Shown piece by piece: positions 43,369 to 53,139 of a stretch of DNA of 64,000 bases. The DNA lies in the NCBI GenBank assembly GCA_963718615.1, contig OY970368.1, forward strand, positions 1,984,001-2,048,000, read 5' to 3'. The notes under the pieces were generated by a model. The model saw only the letters and a program-made list of their open reading frames with translations, was not told the DNA's origin and ran no database searches. The DNA comes from an uncultured cyanobacterium (lineage in GTDB: Bacteria > Cyanobacteriota > Cyanobacteriia > PCC-9006 > JAAUQQ01). The translations under genes and the position numbers were made by a program. The first letter of the stretch is position 1, and each line of letters opens with the position of its first letter.

Positions 43369-44700
43369 ATGACTATGACCACTCCTCTTGTTGCGCTCCA
43401 AAAACCCAAAGCCATTTCCGTTGCCCAGATTGAAGCTGAGCTGAGCGAAATCTGGCTGAGTCAGCAAAATAACTCTGGTGTCCTTGCGACCCGTGCGGCC
43501 ACCTTTAGCATGGTCATCTATGAGCCTGAAGAATTTCAGCAGCTCCTGGCGGCGCTGGGCTTTTACGATGGGGCGATCGATGGTATCCATGGCCCTGCGA
43601 CTAAAGCCGCTGTCAAGGCAGCTCAGCGAGCCTATGGGATTGAGGAAACGGGACGGGTTGGGCCACAAACCCTGGCTAAGCTGCGGGAGGAGCGGGATTC
43701 TACTGGGGCGAAGGACCAACCCGTTTCCAACTTGAATATGCGGGGATTTAGCGTGAGTGATGCGATCGCCACCCAAAACCCCTGCCGGATCATCACCCTC
43801 TGCCCTATCTTGACCGGTGAATCCTCCCTTTCTGCCCAGGTTTCGGCCTATTGCCCCATCCATAAAGGCAACGACAGCACGCTGATGTGTTGCGAATACA
43901 TTACGCTCAAGGGCACCAAAGAGGAGCTGCAAGGGGTTGGAGAATTGGTTCAGTCGCTGATGATCCCCAATCTGCCGCGTTTTGTTTGGTGGAAAGCCAC
44001 GCCCAATCCAGAGCAACCGCTGTTTCAGGATCTGAGCCAAGCCTGTGATTGCATGATCTTTGACTCCTGCTACTTCAGTGAACCGGAGGCAGAGCTGCTC
44101 AAGCTACAACAGTTGCTGGAAGGACAAACCTACGTTGCGGATCTAAACTGGCATCGTCTGGCAGCTTGGCAGGAACTGGCAGCGGCGGCCTATGACGCTC
44201 CGGAGCGGCGACGGGATCTTTTGGAGGTCGATCGCGTCACCATTGACTATGAAAAAGGCAATGCCGCGCAAGCGCTGATGTTTTTGGGGTGGTTGGCCAG
44301 CCGCCTAGAGTGGCAACCCATCGTTTACGTCGAAGAAGGTGGTGACTACAATATTAGCCGCGCCAAATTCCAAGGGCCCCAGGGCCGGGAGATTGAAGCC
44401 GAGCTGGCGGGGATTCCTGTGGCGGACTGGGGGCAAATTCCAGGGGATTTGGTCGGTTTACGGCTCGCTTCGACCAATACAGACGCCAACTGCGCCACAA
44501 TTCTTTGTTCGGAGACAACGGGCTGTATGCGGATGGAATCGGGCGGCAGTGCTCAAACGGCCACGACCCACCAGGTGACACCGCCCACCGACGAGAGCGC
44601 CGAAGGCCTGATGGCACAACAGCTCCAAAGCTGGGGCCGCAACGTTCTCTATGAAGAAAGCCTTGAGATGACCGCCGCCATCCTCAAGCAAAAAGCCTAG
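43369..44700 (+). CDS. opcA: G6PDH assembly protein OpcA
   Basis: Follows zwf; TRAATFS, NPCRIITLCP, DLNWHRL; peptidoglycan-binding-like insert. Confidence 0.93.
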   Translation: MTMTTPLVALQKPKAISVAQIEAELSEIWLSQQNNSGVLATRAATFSMVIYEPEEFQQLLAALGFYDGAIDGIHGPATKAAVKAAQRAYGIEETGRVGPQTLAKLREERDSTGAKDQPVSNLNMRGFSVSDAIATQNPCRIITLCPILTGESSLSAQVSAYCPIHKGNDSTLMCCEYITLKGTKEELQGVGELVQSLMIPNLPRFVWWKATPNPEQPLFQDLSQACDCMIFDSCYFSEPEAELLKLQQLLEGQTYVADLNWHRLAAWQELAAAAYDAPERRRDLLEVDRVTIDYEKGNAAQALMFLGWLASRLEWQPIVYVEEGGDYNISRAKFQGPQGREIEAELAGIPVADWGQIPGDLVGLRLASTNTDANCATILCSETTGCMRMESGGSAQTATTHQVTPPTDESAEGLMAQQLQSWGRNVLYEESLEMTAAILKQKA

Positions 44701-44809
44701 GTAAGCGGTGGAGCATAACGCAAAGTTCTGCTGCTCAGATGTGCCAAATATCCCTGGACGTGATATCGTACCTTCGTACTACTCTTGAGCACAGTCTCAT
44801 TCAATAGAC

Positions 44810-45607
44810 GTGTCCTTGAACAAACGAGGTCCGACCTACGCGGCTCCGAGCAATCGAGATCACCTCAAGGATGGGGTGTTCTTGGTGGCGCTACGGGGAG
44901 CTCCCGATCGCGATACCCCCCGTCATCGGCAGCAGGTCTTTGACCATCTGATGGAACAATTTGAGCAAGGACTTCCCCCCTTTGATGGGGAAGACTGCTT
45001 TCTCAATGGATTGAGTGAGCAGGATTTGATTTATATTCCACCCTCCTCTGCAACGGCTATGAGCAAATCTTCGACCAAGGGCTCCGACACTAAATCCTCC
45101 GACGCTAAATCCTCCGAGCCTAAATCTGCCGATACCCAATCTGCCGATACCCAATCCACGAACGCCAAATTCACAGACAGCAAGTCTGCCGAGCAGGCGG
45201 AAGCTGAGGGCACGGTGACTCGAACAAGCGATCGCCCTCCCTCCAGCGCTGACGCTGCCTCTGAGGCGGAAGCTGTGATTTTGGCCGCCAACGAAATTTT
45301 GGATCTAGCTAAACTGCGGGTGGCCCTCGCCAGTGCCTTTCGAGAGGCCCAGCAGTACAAAGACCTAGTTTTTAAGATTGTCAACGACAACGCCGGTCAT
45401 CTCAGCGAAGAAGAATGCGAAATTGTTTCGCAGAAAAACTTTGCCAAAAGCATTCGGGGGTTAGCCGAAGCCCGCGTCAAGATTACCCAATGGTATGAAA
45501 ATTCTTCAGGGAACCATGAGCTGATTTTGAATGAGCTGAGTTTTATGAACGAGGAAATTGCTGAGACCTTGGCGATCGCCGAACAAAACGGCAAATCGAC
45601 GAACTAA
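44810..45607 (+). CDS. Hypothetical protein with a Ser/Lys/Asp repeat linker
   Basis: ORF filling the gap after opcA; helical C-terminus; start uncertain. Confidence 0.65.
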   Translation: MSLNKRGPTYAAPSNRDHLKDGVFLVALRGAPDRDTPRHRQQVFDHLMEQFEQGLPPFDGEDCFLNGLSEQDLIYIPPSSATAMSKSSTKGSDTKSSDAKSSEPKSADTQSADTQSTNAKFTDSKSAEQAEAEGTVTRTSDRPPSSADAASEAEAVILAANEILDLAKLRVALASAFREAQQYKDLVFKIVNDNAGHLSEEECEIVSQKNFAKSIRGLAEARVKITQWYENSSGNHELILNELSFMNEEIAETLAIAEQNGKSTN

Positions 45608-46152
45608 CGCACCCCCAGAAACCGTCCCTGGCGATCGACCACCGCGATATCCCACTGCCCATTGCGACTGAGCTCAAAGGCTATGCGCTCCCCATTGGCA
45701 CTGATGCTGGGGTTGCGCACTTCGCTGTTTAATCCAGAGACTAGACTACGGACCTGTGCCCGATCTCGTCGATAAAGGAACAGGGCCGATCGCCCCCCTT
45801 GACTGGCGGTAAAGACTAACCACTGACCATCCTCGGAAACGCTGGGATGGCTGGCGAGATTGCCCAAACGACCAATGCCAGGAAGGGGGAGCAAGCGGCG
45901 ATCGCGCAGGTCAAACAAATACAGCTCCTGGCTGCCGCGCCGGTCTGAGACCAAGGCAATATAACGCCCTGAAACCTGGGGCTGAACTTCGTCATAGCGG
46001 CTGTTGAGGCTATTATTGCCATCCTGCTGGTAGGGGAAGCGCAAGGGCTGACCGCCGCTGACCGCCGAGCATCCGCCGAGGAGGAGCAACAGCCAGAAGA
46101 GAGTCACAGACTGAATGACAACAGGTCCAAACTTTACAGGTCTAAACTTCAA
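45604..46152 (-). CDS. TolB-like (PD40 repeat) lipoprotein
   Basis: Lipobox LGGC; PSVSEDG, PSISANGE, RNGQWDI. Confidence 0.85.
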   Translation of the reverse strand: MKFRPVKFGPVVIQSVTLFWLLLLLGGCSAVSGGQPLRFPYQQDGNNSLNSRYDEVQPQVSGRYIALVSDRRGSQELYLFDLRDRRLLPLPGIGRLGNLASHPSVSEDGQWLVFTASQGGRSALFLYRRDRAQVRSLVSGLNSEVRNPSISANGERIAFELSRNGQWDIAVVDRQGRFLGVR

Positions 46153-46736
46153 GGGGCAGTCCCTCCGGCTTCAGGGTCTGAGAGCGCTGGAAGTCCTGGG
46201 GGAATACCCTGGGGGAGATCTAGCACCACGCTCGGCCCTCGATCGATCACTTCGACATCCCACTGGCCGTTTCGCGCCGTTTCAAATACCACATACCGAC
46301 CATCGGCACTTACGCTGGGATTACGGACGGGGCTACGGTAGCCCAAGGTCAAAATTTGTCGGCGTTGGGCAATGCGATCATACAGTTCGATACGGGGTTG
46401 ACGGCGATCGCTCACCCCATAAACCAAATACCGAGCCGAGCGGCTTAAGCTCGGACTGTCCACGATAGCATCTTGGCGATATAGCTGAGGTAGCCGCACC
46501 GCCTGTTGTTGTGCCAAATCATAGAGCACCAGCTCCTGTTTTCCCGCGCGATTAGAAATAAACGCGAGATAGCGACCATCGCCGCTCAGTGCCGGTTGGG
46601 ATTCGGTATAGCGGCTGTTGACCGTTGCATAGCTGCCCAGGGAGGGGGAAGGCTGGCAACCCACTAGGCCCAGCGCTGTGGCAAACACCATCCCGAGAAA
46701 AATGGGTGCCGCAGCACCCACTCCCTTCTTAGTCAT
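46149..46736 (-). CDS. TolB-like (PD40 repeat) lipoprotein
   Basis: LVGC; PALSGDGRY, PSVSADGRY; the ATG at 46736 overlaps the end of ycf66. Confidence 0.85.
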   Translation of the reverse strand: MTKKGVGAAAPIFLGMVFATALGLVGCQPSPSLGSYATVNSRYTESQPALSGDGRYLAFISNRAGKQELVLYDLAQQQAVRLPQLYRQDAIVDSPSLSRSARYLVYGVSDRRQPRIELYDRIAQRRQILTLGYRSPVRNPSVSADGRYVVFETARNGQWDVEVIDRGPSVVLDLPQGIPPGLPALSDPEAGGTAP

Positions 46737-47895
46737 CAAAATTCGATGAATTATCAAACTCATCCTCGGGCGGCGGGGTGAGGGGTTTGAACTCCACATA
46801 ACCCTCGTCACCGGATCTAGGGCTAGAGGTCGGTGTATTGGGTTTCGGCTCTGGACGGAGGGGAGAGCCGAGAGGAGGCTGGCCTGTTCTGTCCATGGGA
46901 GAACGGTCTATCGGAGAACGTTCCATTGGAGGACGATCGCCCTGGGGACGATCGGCAGAAGAACGACGCCGCCGGGGGCGATCGCCCAAGTCTTCATCCA
47001 CGACTGGATTCACCGGAGGCACATCATTGCGAGGACGACGGCGGGGCGGTGGGCTGAGGTCATCCGGATTGCGAACTCCCAAATCCCGAGGATTGACGTC
47101 CCGAGGATTTACATCCCGAGGATTTACATCCCGAGAATTCACCTCGCGGGCTCCACCTTCCCGCGCACCCCGATCCCGCACCGGTTCATCGCCCCAATCA
47201 TCCGCAGAACGACTCGGCGTCACCGGGGGCACCTCCCGACGAGGGGGCTGACTGCTGCGACTGCGCGGTTGGCGATCGTCCCATTCATCCAGCGAAGCAC
47301 GACCCCGCTCCCGAGGGCGATCGACTACATCCTGGGAAGGACGACTTCGGCGGCTACTATCCTGGGAAGGATAACCCTGGGGAGCACGGCGTGCAGGAGC
47401 ATCCAACTCCTCCTCATAGCCTTCCCGAGGTTCACTGCCCCGAATCCGGCGCGGCTGGCGGCGTGGGTCATCCGGGCGATCGTAGGTATCAATCTCAGCC
47501 TCATAGCGATAGACCGTGCTCACCGGTCTATCCTCCTCATAGAACGATGAACTGCGGCGACCCCGGTCCCGTTCGGTGCTGACCCGTTTCCGAAAGCTAT
47601 CGAAGGCTCCTCGGCGTAGACCTGGGTCTCTAGGCTGTCGGGTACTCACGTTTTCCCACATCAGCGCGATCAGCATGCCAATCATGAGCAGGAGCTGAAA
47701 CGAAATTAAAATTGAAACACCAGAGATCGATCCCAGGGTGATCAGCGCACAAATCACACCAATAAAAGCGTAGATGTTGTCCGAGTCACGCCGCAGCTCA
47801 GGCTTCAACCGCCCAAACAAAAACAAGGCAAGTGCTGCAACCAGAAGAACCAGACCACATAGCAGTGCAGTTGTATTAAACGTACCCACAATCAT
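46729..47895 (-). CDS. ycf66: Ycf66 family protein
   Basis: N-terminal TM domain (KPELRRDSD...WENV) and R/D/P-rich tail; typical psbX-ycf66-tolB-tolB order. Confidence 0.8.
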   Translation of the reverse strand: MIVGTFNTTALLCGLVLLVAALALFLFGRLKPELRRDSDNIYAFIGVICALITLGSISGVSILISFQLLLMIGMLIALMWENVSTRQPRDPGLRRGAFDSFRKRVSTERDRGRRSSSFYEEDRPVSTVYRYEAEIDTYDRPDDPRRQPRRIRGSEPREGYEEELDAPARRAPQGYPSQDSSRRSRPSQDVVDRPRERGRASLDEWDDRQPRSRSSQPPRREVPPVTPSRSADDWGDEPVRDRGAREGGAREVNSRDVNPRDVNPRDVNPRDLGVRNPDDLSPPPRRRPRNDVPPVNPVVDEDLGDRPRRRRSSADRPQGDRPPMERSPIDRSPMDRTGQPPLGSPLRPEPKPNTPTSSPRSGDEGYVEFKPLTPPPEDEFDNSSNFDD

Positions 47896-48195
47896 TTCCT
47901 CTCATCGGCTGCCAACTGCACAGTAGAGACAGATCTGCCCCTTGGAACAGGGCCGCAACAATCTGCATTAAGCCACTGCCCAACGTCGCCTGGGCGAAGA
48001 GCGGGGGCATCACTGCCCCGGTCGCACAACCTATTGGGGTCATCGATAAAAGGTTCACTCGTTAACTCCGTCCTGTGGGAAGCATCATCCTGGAAAAGTA
48101 TGCTTCTAGAAGCAAGTCTAGAAGCAGGTCTGGGCTCTACGGGCCGCCCTTATCCTACCCGATGGGGACCCTTTCGTCCTCTACCTATCCTAGCC

Positions 48196-48232
48196 AAAAA
48201 GCGAACGGACTCTCCGGCGAGAGTCCGTTGCT
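48196..48232 (-). terminator. Probable terminator downstream of psbX
   Basis: AACGGACTCTC-CGGC-GAGAGTCCGTT hairpin with a T-run on the - strand. Confidence 0.7.
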
Positions 48233-48303
48233 AAGGGGGATTGGAATAGGGTAATGCAATAAAAACGGCGTCTCGCACTCCAAGGCGAAACCCCGAGGAG
48301 AGA

Positions 48304-48423
48304 TTAGGAGCGTTTTACCTTATCGGTTTGGCTGACGAACAGGAGCCCAACGGTGAGCGGAACAACGACGATCAATCCACCCAACAGAAGGCTCAACATG
48401 AAGTTTGCTAAAGACGGTGTCAT
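48304..48423 (-). CDS. psbX: Photosystem II protein PsbX
   Basis: Below the ORF-track cutoff; translates [39 protein letters not shown]. Confidence 0.92.
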   Translation of the reverse strand: MTPSLANFMLSLLLGGLIVVVPLTVGLLFVSQTDKVKRS

Positions 48424-48538
48424 ATTTTTCTACCCTTTTATGAGGATACAGGCGCGATAAAGTCTGTTGCTTAAGATTTTAGCGGTATGCCCCCCTTCTC
48501 GTTAAGATCTTGTAAGAGAGTCTTTAAGTTTTGCAACT

Positions 48539-48844
48539 ATGACGGCGCTGACGATTACGAGTTGGATCCTGGGACCGCTGCTGGCAGTCATGACGTTTGC
48601 GTTCATTTTTCGGATTGTTTTGACTTGGTATCCCCAGGTTGAGCAGGGAAAGTTTCCGTTTAATTGGGTCATTGCGCCGACGGAACCGTTCTTGGCTCCG
48701 ACCCGCAAGCTGGTGCCCCCGATTGGCGGGGTGGATATTTCACCCATTATTTGGGTGGGACTGTTTAGTCTGGTGCGGGAGATTCTCCTCGGCCAGCAAG
48801 GGCTGATTACGATGGCAATAACGGCGATGACGGTTGGGGTGTAG
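48539..48844 (+). CDS. YggT family membrane protein
   Basis: RIVLTWYP...PTEPFL...PPIGGVDISPI. Confidence 0.9.
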   Translation: MTALTITSWILGPLLAVMTFAFIFRIVLTWYPQVEQGKFPFNWVIAPTEPFLAPTRKLVPPIGGVDISPIIWVGLFSLVREILLGQQGLITMAITAMTVGV

Positions 48845-50111
48845 CTAGGACCTTATCGACTCGGTTGCCATCCATATCCATGACCTCGAAGGTCCAGCCT
48901 GCGTACTCGAACCGGTCTGCTGCGCGGGGAATTTTTCCTAGACAGTGGATCACAAAGCCGCCGAGGGTGTGATAGCTGCCGCGATTTTCCGGTTCTTCGA
49001 GTTTGAGAAGGTCTTGTACCGCTTCAATATCCATCATGCCGTCAATCAGCCAAGAACCGTCTTCGCGCTGCTGAGCTTCTAATTCTTCTGGGGTATCCCA
49101 GGAGGGCACATCCCCCACAAGGGCTTCTAAGATGTCCCCGAGGGTGACCAAGCCCTGAATGACGCCATATTCATCAATCACTAGGGCGGTGTGGATGCGG
49201 GATTGTTTGAAGCGTTCTAGGACCTTGAGCGATCGCATGGTCTCCGGCACGACCAAGGGCTGTTCTAACTCCCTTGTCAGGTCAAAGGCTTGTTGGGCCA
49301 ATGCGTTGTTGAGTAGATCATTGACGCTCACCAGCCCCAAAATGTCATCTAAATCTCCCTGACAAACGGGCAACCGTCGATGCTTGCAATGGGCAATTTT
49401 TTGCTGGTTTTCCTGGCTAGAGTCTTCTAAATCAAGCCAAATGACGTCGGGACGAGGGGTCATGATGCTGCTGACTTTGCGATCGCCCAGTCGAAACACC
49501 CGCTCCATGATGGCTTGTTCTTCCTCTTCGAACGTCCCTTCCTCGGTGCCTTGGCGAATAAACGCGCGGATTTCTTCCTCGGTGACGCTGGGTTCATTAG
49601 AGGGTTCGATCTGGAGCAGTCCCATGACCGCTTTTGTGGAGAGGCTTAGCAAACCGACAATGGGTGAGGCTAGGCGGGATAGGGTTTGCATCGGGCCTGC
49701 GATGGTTTTGGCGATCGCTTCGGGCATGGTCAGGGCCAGTTGCTTGGGCACCAGTTCGCCAATGATCAGCGACAGGTAGGTAATTGCAACTACAACTAGA
49801 CCAAAGGCAAGATTTCCGGCATAGGGACGCAGAAGGGGGATGGTCTTAAAAAAGGTTGCGATGGGTTCCGACAGGGCTGCGCCGCCAAAGGCACCACTGA
49901 TAATACTGATGAGGGTGATGCCAACCTGCACGGTGGAAAAAAAGTCGTTGGGTCGATTGGCCAATTGCAGGGCCGCTTGGGCACGGCGATCGCCCCGAAG
50001 GGCGGCCTGCTGAAGCCGAACTTTGCGGGCGGAGACGATTGCCAGTTCAGACATTGCAAAAATGCCGTTGGCCAGGATTAACGCCAGAACGATCAGGGTG
50101 TTGGTCAGCAT
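48807..50111 (-). CDS. Hemolysin-family CNNM/CBS/CorC protein
   Basis: NGIFAMSELA, TVQVGIT, GELVPKQLA, IDEYG, DGNRVDKV. Confidence 0.92.
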   Translation of the reverse strand: MLTNTLIVLALILANGIFAMSELAIVSARKVRLQQAALRGDRRAQAALQLANRPNDFFSTVQVGITLISIISGAFGGAALSEPIATFFKTIPLLRPYAGNLAFGLVVVAITYLSLIIGELVPKQLALTMPEAIAKTIAGPMQTLSRLASPIVGLLSLSTKAVMGLLQIEPSNEPSVTEEEIRAFIRQGTEEGTFEEEEQAIMERVFRLGDRKVSSIMTPRPDVIWLDLEDSSQENQQKIAHCKHRRLPVCQGDLDDILGLVSVNDLLNNALAQQAFDLTRELEQPLVVPETMRSLKVLERFKQSRIHTALVIDEYGVIQGLVTLGDILEALVGDVPSWDTPEELEAQQREDGSWLIDGMMDIEAVQDLLKLEEPENRGSYHTLGGFVIHCLGKIPRAADRFEYAGWTFEVMDMDGNRVDKVLATPQPSSPLLPS

Positions 50112-50232
50112 GGAGGAGTCAGAGGCAAGCCGTACTAGAGCAATAAAGCGTAGCCTTCACATCCTAAGCGGATCAGTGAGTTTAGAATAAAACTATAACC
50201 TGTCCTGCAAACGGATTTTTGAGGCGATTAGG

Positions 50233-50706
50233 ATGTTGAAGTTCTTATTTCCAGTACTATTTGCGGTCTCTTTAAGTGCTTGTGGTGTTTCAGGCAATGG
50301 TCCAGCTAGCCAACAGGATCTAGTCTTTAAACTTCTTCAGGAGCGGGAATGCCTAGAATGTAATTTGACAAACGCCAGTCTATCCAAAACTAACCTTAGC
50401 CAAGTTCGTCTGAACCGGAGCAACTTACAATCCGCTGATCTAAGTCAAGCGGATCTTTCAGGTGCGTTGTTAGACAGTACCAATTTACAAGATGCTAATT
50501 TAAGCGAGGCCAACCTCACGGGTGCAACCCTAGCCGATGCTGATTTAACTGGGGCAAATCTATCAAGGGCTAACCTAAACAATACCTTTTTGTCAGGTGC
50601 GATCTTAACAGGAGCTGACTTGAGTAATGCCGATTTAAGTACAGCGGATTTGAGCGCAGTCGATCTATCCCAAGCAAAAACTACTGGAGCAAAGTTACCC
50701 CAGTAG
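50233..50706 (+). CDS. Pentapeptide repeat lipoprotein
   Basis: LSAC lipobox, ECLEC, A(D/N)LxxA repeats. Confidence 0.9.
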   Translation: MLKFLFPVLFAVSLSACGVSGNGPASQQDLVFKLLQERECLECNLTNASLSKTNLSQVRLNRSNLQSADLSQADLSGALLDSTNLQDANLSEANLTGATLADADLTGANLSRANLNNTFLSGAILTGADLSNADLSTADLSAVDLSQAKTTGAKLPQ

Positions 50707-50781
50707 AGCAGTTATGGAGAGGAAGTGAAAATCAGTGTAAAACTAGTCTAAAACCAGTCTAAAACTAGGCTGATATGTTTT

Positions 50782-51831
50782 CTATTTCCAGCCAACGCGA
50801 TTAGCAATTTTGATTGCTTCTGAGCTGTTACGGCCATAGCTCACTATATTGATATTTGCCTCCTTAAAGGAGCCATAGCGAGCTAGAATTGAGTCTAGCT
50901 GTACCCCTTTAGTAACGGGGTATTCATTGTTTCCTCTTGCAAAGAAGTCTTGAGCTTTAGGGCTACTGAGGTATTCCAAAAACTTAATGGCGGCGGCTTT
51001 ATTCTTAGAGGTAGACACAACACCTCCTCCACTAATATTGACATGGGTTCCCCAGGTTTTCTGATTGGGGAAGAAGATGCCGACCTTACGGGCGATCGCC
51101 TGTTCTTTCGGGTCCTGGGATTTGACCAGTCGAATCACATAGTAGCTATTACAAATTGCTAGATCACCCATCCCTGCGGCTACAGCTCGAATTTGATCCG
51201 TATCGCCACCTTCCGGTTGTCTGGCTAGGTTTTTAACAAGGCCCTGAGCCCATCTTTCAGTGTTGGCTTTTCCTAATTTTTCAATCAGCGCTGACATTAA
51301 TGAAACGTTATAGACGTTGCTAGAAGAACGAACCAAAAGTTTGCCTTTCCATTTGGCATTGGCCAAGTCTTCGTAGGTGGAAAGTTGGGTGGGATTGATG
51401 CGATCGCGATTGTAAACAATAATCCGCGCTCGTTTAGACAAGCCATACCATTTGCCCTGGGGATGGCGTAAATTACCGGGAATACGCTGGTTTAAAACTG
51501 ACGAAGAACTGGAAGCCAACAGGCCCATGCTCTCCGCCCGCCAAAGGCGTCCCGCATCTACCGTAATCAAAACATCTGCCGGACCATTGCGACCTTCGCT
51601 TTTGATCCGCTCCAAAATTTCATCGTCTTTACCCTCCAACAGATTGATCTTGATTCCTGTCTGCTCGGTAAAGCCGGAATAAAGGGCGTTATCTGTGTTG
51701 TAGTGGCGTGATGAATAAACGTTAAGAACTTTAGTTTGGGCTTCACTGGGCTGCGATCGCAACAGTTGTACTCCCCCAAACGCGGCGCTTGCCATTCCCA
51801 TCGCTACAAACCTACGCCGAGTCGTTGTCAT
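50782..51831 (-). CDS. futA: Fe(3+) ABC transporter substrate-binding protein (FutA/IdiA type), Tat signal
   Basis: TRRRF; YSSRHYNTD, TVDAGRL, NSYY, HVNISG. Confidence 0.92.
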   Translation of the reverse strand: MTTTRRRFVAMGMASAAFGGVQLLRSQPSEAQTKVLNVYSSRHYNTDNALYSGFTEQTGIKINLLEGKDDEILERIKSEGRNGPADVLITVDAGRLWRAESMGLLASSSSSVLNQRIPGNLRHPQGKWYGLSKRARIIVYNRDRINPTQLSTYEDLANAKWKGKLLVRSSSNVYNVSLMSALIEKLGKANTERWAQGLVKNLARQPEGGDTDQIRAVAAGMGDLAICNSYYVIRLVKSQDPKEQAIARKVGIFFPNQKTWGTHVNISGGGVVSTSKNKAAAIKFLEYLSSPKAQDFFARGNNEYPVTKGVQLDSILARYGSFKEANINIVSYGRNSSEAIKIANRVGWK

Positions 51832-51849
51832 GTCAATTGCCGTCCTACT

Positions 51850-51888
51850 ATTGAGAATAAATTACATTAAAGCTGATATTAAAATCAA
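51850..51888. promoter_or_regulatory. Fur-box-like AT-rich elements upstream of futA
   Basis: ATTGAGAATAAATTACATT and TGATATTAAAATCAAT partly match TGATAATnATTATCA. Confidence 0.45.
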
Positions 51889-52108
51889 TAAACCAAAAAA
51901 TCAAACAAAAGTCATTATTAATTATGCTTGTATTAATGAGAATGCCTTGATCCAGCTGTGGAGCGATCTATGTGAGAATTCTAGGATTTATAGGCTTTGA
52001 GGCAGTTATTCTTGAGGTATCGGTGGCTTCTGGGATCAACCCCAGCTCAAGCTTTATTGACATTTTTTTGTATTATGTTTGTCTTTTGCTACCTAGTCTT
52101 CTAGGCTA

Positions 52109-52127
52109 ATTGATAGACAATTTCAAT
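52109..52127. promoter_or_regulatory. Fur-box-like inverted repeat upstream of the di-heme fusion gene
   Basis: 19-bp ATTGA-TAGACAATT-TCAAT. Confidence 0.4.
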
Positions 52128-52138
52128 AGAGAAGAGAC

Positions 52139-52879
52139 ATGGCTCAGCGCTTAAGGGTGGTGGAACTGTTTCTGGCTGTAGGTTTGACCGCATCAATGGC
52201 AGCCTGCACAGCCCCCTCTGACTTGAGAGGGAAAAGGACAGCAGAAAGTACGCCAGCTCCGGCGGTGGAATCAAGCGTAGAAAGACAGGAAGGCGGCGAA
52301 GGCGGTGAGGGCGGCGAAGAGGGTGCTGCCACCGCAAACTTGAATTGGGGGAATCGGTTTGACGAGGCTTCAGTGATTTCTGGCTTTACCAAGGCAACAG
52401 AAATCGATCAAGCTACATTAGAAGCAAGTACTTTCTATGTTCAAACCTTAGGAGTACCCGCACGAACACTCATGCAAGAGGCTATGGTGCGCAAAGGTGA
52501 GCGGTTATTTGAGCAGGCGAATTGTACGGCTTGTCATCTGGCGACGGTGAAGACAGGTTCTTCTCCGATTCGGGCTTTAGATCACCAAACCATTCATCCC
52601 TATACTGATTTGCTACTCCATGATCTAGGGCCAGGATTAGCGGATAACCGACCGGATTTTGAGGCAAGTGGCCAGGAATGGCGGACATCACCGCTATGGG
52701 GGCTAGGGTTAACGCAGACGGTTTTGCCGTTTTCAGGATATCTTCATGATGGACGTGCCCGAACCGTGGAGGAAGCGATTCTTTGGCATGGGGGCGAGGC
52801 GGAAAAGGCTCAACAGAGGTTTGTTAAGCTATCGCTGAAGGATCGTCAGGCACTATTAAAGTTTTTGAATACTTTGTAA
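52139..52879 (+). CDS. Lipoprotein N-terminus fused to the C-terminal half of a di-heme oxidoreductase (DHOR); likely a deletion product
   Basis: MAAC lipobox and EGGEGGEGG linker, then FYVQTLGVPAR, a single CTACH, PYTDLLLHDLG, WRTSPLWG, HDGRART, EEAILWHGGEA. Confidence 0.75.
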   Translation: MAQRLRVVELFLAVGLTASMAACTAPSDLRGKRTAESTPAPAVESSVERQEGGEGGEGGEEGAATANLNWGNRFDEASVISGFTKATEIDQATLEASTFYVQTLGVPARTLMQEAMVRKGERLFEQANCTACHLATVKTGSSPIRALDHQTIHPYTDLLLHDLGPGLADNRPDFEASGQEWRTSPLWGLGLTQTVLPFSGYLHDGRARTVEEAILWHGGEAEKAQQRFVKLSLKDRQALLKFLNTL

Positions 52880-52950
52880 TACCCGAAGCAAGATGTGATC
52901 CCTTGACCTTGGTCTATGGCTACCGATCGCCCATAACCTATGCTAGCTTG

Positions 52951-53027
52951 GAGCCGAATCCGCAGCAGCTTGCAAGGCAGCGGTTCAGGTTCTGTCTGCC
53001 TGACCGGCTCGCTTGGCCTCTGGCCAA
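52951..53027 (+). ncRNA. Degenerate tRNA-like structured element
   Basis: GAGCCG/CGGCTC closing stem, TCAGG-TTC...-CCTGA T-like arm and a TTGGCC/GGCCAA hairpin; TATGCT -10-like box 6 nt upstream. Confidence 0.35.
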
Positions 53028-53062
53028 TGCGTGTGTCACCCAGCATGTTGCCCAGATTCACC

Positions 53063-53136
53063 GCCGGATTTGCTCAGTGGTCGAGCCGCTGTCTCACGGA
53101 TAGTGCAGGTGGGTTCGAATCCCACATCCAGCTCCA
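53063..53136 (+). tRNA. Atypical tRNA, anticodon CAC (Val), CCA encoded
   Basis: GCCGGAT-TT-GCTC-AGTGGTC-GAGC-C-GCTGT-CTCACGG-ATAGT-GCAG-GTGGG-TTCGAAT-CCCAC-ATCCAGC-T-CCA. Confidence 0.75.
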
Positions 53137-53139
53137 ACC

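Noticed and set aside
47086-47140. 15-bp repeats in ycf66 (also in pepB and the 44810 ORF)
   Set aside because: Ordinary slippage in disordered linkers.
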